Origin: a virus
Taxonomy: Duplodnaviria > Caudoviricetes
Length of the DNA: 64,000 nucleotides
Virus record (IMG/VR): IMGVR_UViG_3300041964_000148
Strand: one strand, 5' to 3'
Both the position numbers and the translations under genes were made by a program. The notes beneath the pieces were generated by a model, which was given only the letters and a program-made list of their open reading frames with translations, made no database searches and was not told the DNA's origin. Below, in pieces: positions 28,698-36,753 of the stretch (positions are counted from its first letter, which is position 1; each line of letters starts with the position of its first letter).

Positions 28698-30530
28698 TTA
28701 ACCAGCGATCGCTCTCATCTGCCGAGCCTCTTCCAGCTCCTGTTTTAATTGCTCAATTTCCCGTTCCTTTTGAGCTAACTGCGCCTCAATTGCCTGTGCC
28801 TGCTCAGAAAGAAACTGTTCATTCAGGATTTTATTCTCGTTCTCCTTCCTGAGTTCTTCATTTTCTGCCTGTAACTCACTCACCTGTAATCGCAGAAGAG
28901 TATTTAGATTTTGTACATTTTCTACCTCCTCCCTGGAAATTTTTTCTGGCTTCTCCCCTGTCTGCTTTCTAGGCTTTGGGTTGAAACGGAACTTGTATTT
29001 GTCCTCCCAGTTCTCCTCGGTGGAAACTGATTTGATCGTTTCAGAGATCGCCTTTTTGGTCAGCTCTGGCGCAGATTCAATAACGAGTTTCTTCGCCTCC
29101 AAAATTTCCTCTTCCTCAGCGTCTCTGAAGGTATCCATCCTTCTCAACTCCAAGGCTGCCGCATCGGACATCCCCTTGACCTTCACCTGAATATCCTGAT
29201 CTACTAGGGGTAGTAACTCACGCCGCTCTTGTTCGGCATTAGCCTTTTCCCTCGCACTGTTGGGACGATAAGGGAATCCTTCCTCGTCGTGAAGGCGCCG
29301 ACACATTTGCTCAAAAGTGCCGTATTCTTGGGACTTCCGGCGATTATCATTCTGGAAAACAACAAACTTGAGTTCCCACAGGTAGTCTGTCACCGCTTCG
29401 GAAAAAGGCTGGCTTATTTCGATCAACTTAACGGCGATCGCCCGACACTTCCTCTCATGTTCTGAGGTAAGGAAAGTCCAGTCCTCGCCCTCTTCCCCTT
29501 CTTCCTCTGTTACCTCTGCAATAGAGTCATCCAACTTCTTACAGTCACTATAAGAAGTTCCATCACTTTCCTCTTCCTCTGTTTCAGGATCTGTCTCAGG
29601 AGCGGCTTCCTCAACTGCTGCCGGTTGTGCAACTACTTCTGTTACTTGTAATTTGCTCACCACAGGGGAGCGTGGCGTAAATTGAAGTAAGTTACTTTTC
29701 GTTGGTTCTGGAGGCGTAAAGATCACTTCAATGGGGGCAAAATCATCTTCCTCTTGATCTTCTTCTCGATCCTCTTCCGGATCATCTAAGAAATCTTCTA
29801 AAAACCGTCCTTCTAGCCCTAACTCTCCCTCTATTTCCGGATATTCTAAGAAGTCTTCTTCGAGTTCTTCTAGGGGTTCTTCTGGGAGCAACTCTTCAAC
29901 AAAATCAGTAATTTCTGAGATTAGTTCCGGCATCGACACTTCGTTTGTCGCCTCAGCCTCTTCAAGAGGCTCAGCCCCAGCCCCCTGAAAAGGGGCAATT
30001 TCATCTTCTACTTCTAGCAATTTATCCAAAAGGGCTTGAGCCTCAGCCTGATCTTTTACAAACTTCGTTGATTGAATAGGATCTTGCCCTTTAATGTCAA
30101 AGCGCATTCCACTGGCAGTTACCGAGGCGATCGCCTTTACTCCCCTAGCCTCTACTGTTTGTTTTTTGGTGGGACGTAGGAACCGATCCTCAACCCACTT
30201 CTTATTCCAATTCCCACTAGGAGAAATAACGTTGCAGTAAGCTTTACCTTTATAAAAATCATCTACAGGATCATGCTGAATCACTTCAGCAAAAAAACCT
30301 GTGTGGTCGCCCCGATCATCGAAAATACTAAGGATTTCCCCAATTTTAAGTTTCTCAACTTCCTTTAAGGAAACTGAAGGTACCCAGTCTACTGTTCGCA
30401 GATCTTTACTGTAATTAGTGAGTTCACAACGAATTTGGTCTTTTTTCCCTTTTTCGATTACACGAGCATAATAGCCCTTATATTGCCCCTTAAGAACGCG
30501 ATTTATAGGACTTGCTGTAGTTGTAGACAT
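28698..30530 (-). CDS. Large acidic protein with C-terminal coiled coil
   Basis: 610-aa ORF; E/D-rich centre. Confidence 0.7.
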   Translation of the reverse strand: MSTTTASPINRVLKGQYKGYYARVIEKGKKDQIRCELTNYSKDLRTVDWVPSVSLKEVEKLKIGEILSIFDDRGDHTGFFAEVIQHDPVDDFYKGKAYCNVISPSGNWNKKWVEDRFLRPTKKQTVEARGVKAIASVTASGMRFDIKGQDPIQSTKFVKDQAEAQALLDKLLEVEDEIAPFQGAGAEPLEEAEATNEVSMPELISEITDFVEELLPEEPLEELEEDFLEYPEIEGELGLEGRFLEDFLDDPEEDREEDQEEDDFAPIEVIFTPPEPTKSNLLQFTPRSPVVSKLQVTEVVAQPAAVEEAAPETDPETEEEESDGTSYSDCKKLDDSIAEVTEEEGEEGEDWTFLTSEHERKCRAIAVKLIEISQPFSEAVTDYLWELKFVVFQNDNRRKSQEYGTFEQMCRRLHDEEGFPYRPNSAREKANAEQERRELLPLVDQDIQVKVKGMSDAAALELRRMDTFRDAEEEEILEAKKLVIESAPELTKKAISETIKSVSTEENWEDKYKFRFNPKPRKQTGEKPEKISREEVENVQNLNTLLRLQVSELQAENEELRKENENKILNEQFLSEQAQAIEAQLAQKEREIEQLKQELEEARQMRAIAG

Positions 30531-31213
30531 AGTTGGCTCTCTGTTGTTTGTATTTGGTTATCAACTTGCACTGGTATATCTAGACCGAGAAACTTGTTGT
30601 GCCCGCGAACGACCGCTCTGTTGTTCCGGTGATGTAATGCTGATGCTCCATCTAGGGCGATCGCTTCTTCATGTACCCCAGGTTCGCCCTTCCTGGGAGA
30701 AGTGGTGTAACCCTTGTGCTGGGCTAAACCGTACATGGAAAACTGAGGCCAGGACGCAAGGCGAGTGATTAGTTCGTCGCGCCATTCTTTGGCAATAATC
30801 GACGCAGCAGCGATCGCACAAATTTTGGTATCCCCTTTTATCACTGCCGATTGCCGACGCTTACCTATTCCTGGGATGAGGTTGCGTCCATCAACAAAGA
30901 TTTGATCAGCATTGATATTAAGCCCTTCAACCGCCCGCTTCATTGCCAAGAGGGATGCTCGGCAAATATCGCCTTCGTTAATTTCCCTGACTGAGCCTAC
31001 GCCAATCTTGTAACGCCCTATCTCCTTGAGTAAGGGGACAAGAACAGAGCGTTGTTTTGGGGAACGTTGTTTTGAGTCCCTCCCCTCGTACTTGCCCCAT
31101 TCCAGTACCTTTTCCAACTCCTGAAGATGTTCGGGAAGCGGACTATAGGCACAAGCTACGACAGGACCAAAGGCGGGCCCTAAGCCGACTTCATCTACGC
31201 CAATTAAAATCAT
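30503..31213 (-). CDS. rnhB: Ribonuclease HII
   Basis: GVDEVGLG, DSK, VDG, KGD, IAAASIIAK, HKGY. Confidence 0.88.
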   Translation of the reverse strand: MILIGVDEVGLGPAFGPVVACAYSPLPEHLQELEKVLEWGKYEGRDSKQRSPKQRSVLVPLLKEIGRYKIGVGSVREINEGDICRASLLAMKRAVEGLNINADQIFVDGRNLIPGIGKRRQSAVIKGDTKICAIAAASIIAKEWRDELITRLASWPQFSMYGLAQHKGYTTSPRKGEPGVHEEAIALDGASALHHRNNRAVVRGHNKFLGLDIPVQVDNQIQTTESQLCLQLQQVL

Positions 31214-31400
31214 CAGAACACCTCCGATGCGGGAAACTCAGTGTCCTTAGATCTGAGAGGAACGCACGGTAGCGGTTTTAACCGCCTACAGTCTTTAGAA
31301 TCCATATCCATAACCATCCTTTTGGTGAATTTGCTGACAATATTTATATTTTCTCCGTCACGGTTCTCCGTGATGAATGTAATGAACTGCTGCCAGTGCC

Positions 31401-32654
31401 TTACGGCTCAGGCAGTTTCTGACGCTTCTTTTCCCACGCTTGCTGAAAGCCTCCACAATGTTTAGTTGTGGGTTTTTCAGTAGAGGCTTGAGATCCACGT
31501 TTGTCGAGCGTCGTTCCAACGCCCGTTGCCCATATTAGGCAAACTTTAGCTGAGGCTACATCTCTGTCTTCGACACAGCCGCAAGGACATTGATGTAGTC
31601 GTTCAGCCAGTGTTTTAGGTTTGACTTGCCAGCAGTCAGGACATCGTTGAGAAGGCTTGAGTGTCTTAGTTGGAGCTTTCAGAAATACCCCATCAGCTTC
31701 ACCTAATTTGTACTCCAGCATTCCCCCCAAAATTCCCCAACCTACATCCAAAATGGAGCGGTTTAGCCCAGACTTCTGTCGCTTCCGCTTTCCCTTCTTG
31801 GCTTTTTTAGTCATCCCCTTGATGTTGAGTTTCTCTGTCACGACCATGCTGTTACTGCTTACTATCTGTGTCGTGACCTGATGCGCCCAGTCTTGACGTT
31901 GATTAGTCGCTTTGCGCTGCAACTTATTGACTTTAGACTGAGCTTTTTTCCAGCGTTTTGATCCCTTAATCTTTTTCTTGAAATTGGGGCTACGTTTCCG
32001 ACGCTTCTGTTTAGATGCCGCTCTGATTTTCTCTTGAGTTGCACCCAAGAAGCGAGGATTTTCTATTTTGGTTCCATCGCTACAAGCGACGGCTGTTAGA
32101 GTGCCAAAATCAATGCCAATTGCACCCGTTCCGGTTTCTCGGACTGGCTCACATTTGACGGTGATTGAGGCATACCATTTGCCTTGTCGGTACACGATGG
32201 TGCAAGTTGTTGGGATTCCCCAAGTTCTTGCCTTTCCTCTCATCTGAATTTGCCCTAAGTTAGACAGTTCCAGATAGCCGTTGTCACCCGTGGTGTGTGC
32301 TTTCCAACCAGGTGCCGCTGGGTAAGTCCATCCACTATAACGACGAATTGACTTGAATCGGGGGTATCCTCCCAAGCCTTTGAAGAACCGCTCGTAAGCC
32401 ATGTCAACCCGTTTAAGGGTAGCCTGTAGGGCTTGGCTTCCTAGCTCTTTGTACTCTGTCCAGACCGTCTTGAACTCAGGTAATGAGTTTTGTTGGTCGT
32501 AGTAGGTAACTGATTTCCCAAAACGTTGATATTGCGTCTTCTTGTTGTACAGCGCTGCATTATAAAGGTCTTTATGTAAACGCCTCCAATAGCTCAACTT
32601 TTGGGCTTGAGCAATGGAAGGATAAAGACGAAAGGTGCAACGACGGGTTATCAT
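31401..32654 (-). CDS. tnpB: RNA-guided endonuclease TnpB
   Basis: FRLYP HTH, RuvC D (GIDFG), E (VTEKL), D (DRDVAS), CPDC..CPCG. Confidence 0.92.
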   Translation of the reverse strand: MITRRCTFRLYPSIAQAQKLSYWRRLHKDLYNAALYNKKTQYQRFGKSVTYYDQQNSLPEFKTVWTEYKELGSQALQATLKRVDMAYERFFKGLGGYPRFKSIRRYSGWTYPAAPGWKAHTTGDNGYLELSNLGQIQMRGKARTWGIPTTCTIVYRQGKWYASITVKCEPVRETGTGAIGIDFGTLTAVACSDGTKIENPRFLGATQEKIRAASKQKRRKRSPNFKKKIKGSKRWKKAQSKVNKLQRKATNQRQDWAHQVTTQIVSSNSMVVTEKLNIKGMTKKAKKGKRKRQKSGLNRSILDVGWGILGGMLEYKLGEADGVFLKAPTKTLKPSQRCPDCWQVKPKTLAERLHQCPCGCVEDRDVASAKVCLIWATGVGTTLDKRGSQASTEKPTTKHCGGFQQAWEKKRQKLPEP

Positions 32655-32682
32655 GATGCCAGTATAACGTCAGAGTAAGGTC

Positions 32683-32826
32683 ATGAAGAAGCTAACTGTT
32701 CGATTTTCTGATAGCGAGTACAAGAGCCTGACTCAACAGAGTATTGATGTTGAGCGTTCTCTGAACGAGATTGTCCGAGAAGCCGTTAGAGAATATATAA
32801 AGAATCAGACTTCCCCACAGCATTGA
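32683..32826 (+). CDS. 47-aa ribbon-helix-helix protein inside the IS
   Basis: MKKLTVRFSDSEY..L......ERSLNEIVREAVREY; below the ORF-track cutoff. Confidence 0.65.
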   Translation: MKKLTVRFSDSEYKSLTQQSIDVERSLNEIVREAVREYIKNQTSPQH

Positions 32827-32854
32827 TTCGCTTTCATCCCCCAGTGCCTTCGGC

Positions 32855-33982
32855 TCAGGGGGATTTCCCGCTCACACTTGTTAAGCGTTCTTTGAGTACA
32901 GCAAATGCGATCGCTCCCACCTGAGGGACAATGGCATTTCCCAATACAGATACCTGGCTGTTCATGAGACCTCGTGCCTCCATATACTCTTTTAGAGTTT
33001 GGTCAAACTCTTGCTTGAGTTCTTGATATTCGCTTGCGCCCTCTCCTTCAAGGCACTCAGCTTGTCGATCAAATTTTTTGTGGTAGGCTCGCTTGAGTTG
33101 ATCATACTCTCTTCGATCTGCTGGTGATAGGGCTTTAATTTCTCTTGGAGAAAGTTCAACCGAGCCACGAGGCTCCCTTGTAAAACTGGGCATTGTGGAT
33201 GCGGTGAGCCACCCATCAAGGTCTGGGTGTCGCAAGAGATATCCGCCCAAGTTGGCGGGTAGCCCATCATCGCTGCCACAAAGTAAGGGTTGAGGGTAGT
33301 GTCCTTTGTCGTTAAATTCAGTAGGGAGTACTTTCTCCTGTTTTTTGCCTCCGCCACTGAGCCGCCCCGTGAGAGACCGGCTGTTGGCGTAGGCAATAAT
33401 CCATATTCGCGCTCGAAGGTGGGTTCCTCCCACTCCAATGCGGAATCTTTTTTCTTTACCTCGGCTAGAGCCTGTTTCCAAATGGGCGCATGGTACAGTT
33501 CCCCATTCGACATCGAACCCCAGCTCGTCCAGGTCTCGCAAAATTCCCTTGAAAAATTCTCCAGATTCGGAAGATAGCAATCCAGGGACGTTTTCCAGCA
33601 CCGCCCATCTGGGCTGAACTTCGCGAAGGATTCGCCGAATCTCAGGCCATAAGTCCCGCTCGTCTTCCGAAGCCTTTTTCTTGCCGAGGACTGCGTGGGG
33701 TTGGCAAGGGAAGCCGCCGGAGATTCCGTCGATCCTAGGGACTCCCAATTGTCGAAGAGATTCAACTGTAACATCGCATACATTTTTAATTAAAGGAATG
33801 CCAGGGAACCTAAGTGACAACAATTCTTGGCAGTAATCATCATTATCACATACAGCAACTGTCTCAAGTCGAAGATCATTGTCATCCCCTTCTCTACTAA
33901 TGGATTCTGCCAGGAGGAATCCTCCTCCTCCAGAACACAAATCCAACACGTAGTGGGTGTTCTCGTCCTGTAATAGCTTCAT
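32855..33982 (-). CDS. C5-cytosine DNA methyltransferase, alpha chain (motifs I-VIII, X)
   Basis: DLCSGGGG, GGFPCQ, ENV, R.RIWI, GNAIVP; no motif IX in this frame. Confidence 0.85.
   Translation of the reverse strand: MKLLQDENTHYVLDLCSGGGGFLLAESISREGDDNDLRLETVAVCDNDDYCQELLSLRFPGIPLIKNVCDVTVESLRQLGVPRIDGISGGFPCQPHAVLGKKKASEDERDLWPEIRRILREVQPRWAVLENVPGLLSSESGEFFKGILRDLDELGFDVEWGTVPCAHLETGSSRGKEKRFRIGVGGTHLRARIWIIAYANSRSLTGRLSGGGKKQEKVLPTEFNDKGHYPQPLLCGSDDGLPANLGGYLLRHPDLDGWLTASTMPSFTREPRGSVELSPREIKALSPADRREYDQLKRAYHKKFDRQAECLEGEGASEYQELKQEFDQTLKEYMEARGLMNSQVSVLGNAIVPQVGAIAFAVLKERLTSVSGKSP
32992..33774 (-). CDS. Nested alternate-frame beta chain (TRD plus motif IX)
   Basis: LLPTPTA...LNPYFVAAMMGYPPTW; conserved with 34083-35003. 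Confidence 0.72.
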   Translation of the reverse strand: MLQLNLFDNWESLGSTESPAASLANPTQSSARKRLRKTSGTYGLRFGESFAKFSPDGRCWKTSLDCYLPNLENFSREFCETWTSWGSMSNGELYHAPIWKQALAEVKKKDSALEWEEPTFEREYGLLPTPTAGLSRGGSVAEAKNRRKYSLLNLTTKDTTLNPYFVAAMMGYPPTWADISCDTQTLMGGSPHPQCPVLQGSLVARLNFLQEKLKPYHQQIEESMINSSEPTTKNLIDKLSALKERAQANIKNSSKSLTKL

Positions 33983-35208
33983 TTTTCCTCCTTAAGTGCT
34001 GACAAACGTTCCTTAAGTACAGCAAATGCGATCGCTCCGACATGAGGGACAATCGCGTTCCCGAATATCGATAGCTGGGTATTTATTGCCTTTTTAAGTT
34101 CTTTGTACTCGTTAAGCTTGAGCAAGAATTGCTCCTGGAATTGGCAATATTGGTTTGCGCTCTCTCCTTCAAGGCACTCAGCTTGTCGATCAAATTCCTT
34201 ATCGAAGGCTCGTTTGAGTTTCTGATATTCGCTTCGATCTTCTGGTGAAAGGGATCTAATTTCTCCTGGAGTGAGTTCAATTGAACAACGCACCTGCCGA
34301 AAGAAGCAGGGGATTGTGGATGCGGTGAGCCACCCATCAAGGTCTGGGTGTCGCAAGAGATATCCGCCCAGGTTGGGGGGTAGCCCATCATCACCGCCGA
34401 AAGGTAAGGATTGAGGCATCTGCTCTCTTGATGTGGGGTCATCAGCCGGACAAAGCGACTCAACCCCACTGACCCATTTACTCCTTGGTTGCTGATCTTC
34501 CTTGGTGTTCCATTTCTTGTGAAATAGATCTTCGTATTCTCGTTGAAGACCGCCGCCATTGTGGCATCGGATGCCGTTGGGGTAGGGATCAGGGTTTTGA
34601 TGATTTGTCGCAGCCCCTTCCCCTTGAAGGTGGCGGTAAGCGACAATCCAGACTCGCTCTCGGAGATGAACTCCTCCAGCTCCAATAAACTCGTTAGGGC
34701 TTGCTTCCATATAGGCGCAGGAAATAACTCCCCACTCAACATCAAACCCCAGTTGGGCAAGATCTCCAAATATTCCTCGTAGGAACCGTCCAGCGTCCGT
34801 TCTAAATAGCCCTGGGACATTTTCAAAAACCGCCCAGATGGGCTGAACTTCGCGAAGGATTCGCCGAATCTCCGGCCACAAGTCCCGTTCGTCTTTAGAG
34901 CCTTTTTTCTTGCCGGCGACGCTATGGGGCTGGCAGGGGAATCCGCCGCAAATTCCGTCGATTTTGGGGATTCCCAATTGTCGAAGAGATTTAGTTGTGA
35001 CATCGGATATATCTGGGATGACAGGGATGTGGGGAAATCTTAGCCTTAATACATCCTGACAATTTTCGTTGTTATCGCACACAACTACCGTCTCCAGCCG
35101 CAGGGCGTTTTTAGCCTGCTGGGAGATGGCTTCCGCTAGGATAAATCCTCCTCCTCCAGAGCATAAATCCATTACGTAGTGGATGTTTTCGTCATGTGAC
35201 AGGCTCAC
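33979..35208 (-). CDS. C5-cytosine DNA methyltransferase, alpha chain (paralog)
   Basis: DLCSGGGG, GGFPCQ, ENV, RERVWI, GNAIVP. Confidence 0.85.
   Translation of the reverse strand: MSLSHDENIHYVMDLCSGGGGFILAEAISQQAKNALRLETVVVCDNNENCQDVLRLRFPHIPVIPDISDVTTKSLRQLGIPKIDGICGGFPCQPHSVAGKKKGSKDERDLWPEIRRILREVQPIWAVFENVPGLFRTDAGRFLRGIFGDLAQLGFDVEWGVISCAYMEASPNEFIGAGGVHLRERVWIVAYRHLQGEGAATNHQNPDPYPNGIRCHNGGGLQREYEDLFHKKWNTKEDQQPRSKWVSGVESLCPADDPTSREQMPQSLPFGGDDGLPPNLGGYLLRHPDLDGWLTASTIPCFFRQVRCSIELTPGEIRSLSPEDRSEYQKLKRAFDKEFDRQAECLEGESANQYCQFQEQFLLKLNEYKELKKAINTQLSIFGNAIVPHVGAIAFAVLKERLSALKEEK
34083..35003 (-). CDS. Nested alternate-frame beta chain (TRD plus motif IX)
   Basis: 306-aa open frame wholly inside alpha; PTPTASD...LNPYLSAVMMGYPPTW. 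Confidence 0.75.
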   Translation of the reverse strand: MSQLNLFDNWESPKSTEFAADSPASPIASPARKKALKTNGTCGRRFGESFAKFSPSGRFLKMSQGYLERTLDGSYEEYLEILPNWGLMLSGELFPAPIWKQALTSLLELEEFISESESGLSLTATFKGKGLRQIIKTLIPTPTASDATMAAVFNENTKIYFTRNGTPRKISNQGVNGSVGLSRFVRLMTPHQESRCLNPYLSAVMMGYPPTWADISCDTQTLMGGSPHPQSPASFGRCVVQLNSLQEKLDPFHQKIEANIRNSNEPSIRNLIDKLSALKERAQTNIANSRSNSCSSLTSTKNLKRQ

Positions 35209-35848
35209 TTTTTACCTCCACGACAGAGGAACATGGGAGACTTTTTTGTCCCGGAATCGTGCCTATAAAGCTGTTCCAAGCGTCCAAATCGGTTTTGATG
35301 ACATCCAGTTGCTTTGGATCTTTAGCCTCCCAGCGCACTGCCTTAACCCCTCCAGGAAAATGAAATTCAACGACCAAGGGGTTCAACTCATACCCACCCC
35401 AGCATCTTGTAAAACTGATCCCAGGAAATAGTTCTAGTAAGTATTTTTGCGCCTTGTCTTTTTCTTCTTGAATCCTCTTGGACTTAGCATTGAAGTCTGC
35501 TTGGCAGTCTCGACTACAAAACGCGACCTTTCTATTGAACTTCGGTTCTAGAGGTTCCCAACGCTCATCCTCCTCTTCATTGTTTTTGGACACGTTACAA
35601 AAGCAATGAGGACACTCAAAAGTCCAACCATCGTTGTACAGGATCTCCGCTGGGACATACCCCAGTGCCGCGTAGTGATCGTATTCAGGTAGCCGCTCAA
35701 CCTTGAGGATTTCCGGTTCACTCCACAATTTACAGGCTCCTGCCACCGCCGCTTGCGCTTTTTCTAGGGCAAAAACAATATCCGCCCCCTCTTCCTCATC
35801 TTCCACATACCAAGCTACTGAAGCTGTCGGATTCACTAAATCATTCAT
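35192..35848 (-). CDS. Hypothetical phage protein with Cys motifs
   Basis: GWTFECPHC...FCS..C. Confidence 0.6.
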   Translation of the reverse strand: MNDLVNPTASVAWYVEDEEEGADIVFALEKAQAAVAGACKLWSEPEILKVERLPEYDHYAALGYVPAEILYNDGWTFECPHCFCNVSKNNEEEDERWEPLEPKFNRKVAFCSRDCQADFNAKSKRIQEEKDKAQKYLLELFPGISFTRCWGGYELNPLVVEFHFPGGVKAVRWEAKDPKQLDVIKTDLDAWNSFIGTIPGQKSLPCSSVVEVKSEPVT

Positions 35849-36719
35849 AATTTGTCTCCGTCACGGTTCTCCGTGATGAACTATCTAACTGGTATTTTTT
35901 GATCAATAAATCCAACTTGTCGGCGATAAAGTTGGGATAGCACATCTCCTGTGCGCCATCAAAGACCGTCCATAACTGCCACCAAGCCGTTAGATCCATC
36001 TCTCCTTCGCGCTCTAGAAAAATATCGGCTTCCTCTTCCACCCCATAGGCATTAAGGCTGTAGAACAAAGGGGCAGAACAGCGATCGCAAACTCTCCGAC
36101 CATCGGCTATTTCCAGGCTGAACCTGTGAGGCTTGATTGTGTAGTAGGAACTACTCCACCAATACCCCCACTGGCAAAGTCTCCACAGAGTATCTGCAAG
36201 CTTATAATGCTGCCGGGATAGCAACATACAGGCGTAAATCAAGCTACTCCGAGTTCGGGTTATGAAACTACTTGCACAATCCCAGCAGTATTCTTCCCCA
36301 GTATCTTTGAGGAACCGCTGGTCGAGGTAATAAGGGTCTGAGATATTCACCCCCCTGGATAGCTCCTGAAGTCGCTCAAAAGCTTCCTCAAGTCTAGACA
36401 CTCGCTCTGGTGATGCATTTCTCTTGGGATAAACATCATGCTGCAACCAAACTTTGGCTGCCCTAATATCTACGATCAGGTCTTTGACTAGGTAAAGGAA
36501 CCTGTCCCCCGCAGGGATTCTTGGAGGGGTGATTTGTTCACGCAGTAGTTGCGATCGCGTTGCGAGGTTTGCTAAATCAAACCCACTCAAATCCAACCAA
36601 GGGTATAGGGGTTCATAGGTGCGAACCTTCCGCCGGGATTCTTCCTGCTCAACTATTTCAATTTCGGAACTTATTCGGTTTAATTGCCGGATTAACGTGT
36701 CTAAGACTGGTGATCTCAT
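35841..36719 (-). CDS. Hypothetical protein with CxxC pairs
   Basis: CWDC, CDRC; operon member. Confidence 0.6.
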   Translation of the reverse strand: MRSPVLDTLIRQLNRISSEIEIVEQEESRRKVRTYEPLYPWLDLSGFDLANLATRSQLLREQITPPRIPAGDRFLYLVKDLIVDIRAAKVWLQHDVYPKRNASPERVSRLEEAFERLQELSRGVNISDPYYLDQRFLKDTGEEYCWDCASSFITRTRSSLIYACMLLSRQHYKLADTLWRLCQWGYWWSSSYYTIKPHRFSLEIADGRRVCDRCSAPLFYSLNAYGVEEEADIFLEREGEMDLTAWWQLWTVFDGAQEMCYPNFIADKLDLLIKKYQLDSSSRRTVTETNYE

Positions 36720-36753
36720 TTTTACTTTGTCATGAACCTCTGTTGTGTAGCTT

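Larger units (their letters stand above)
31383..32880 (-). mobile_element. IS200/IS605-family element (tnpB plus small RHH gene, no tnpA)
   Basis: Left-end hairpin 32838-32862 after (C)TTAA; right-end hairpin ending TTCA at 31383; removal restores the MTase frame. Confidence 0.85.

Noticed and set aside
31363-31382. TnpB guide overlapping the dispersed palindrome (self-targeting)
   Set aside because: The TAM-proximal seed TTACATT is not shared by other copies; probably coincidental flank
32992-35003. Frameshifted MTase pseudogenes
   Set aside because: Both overlapping frames stay open over 780-920 nt in both paralogs, and motif X remains in the alpha frame
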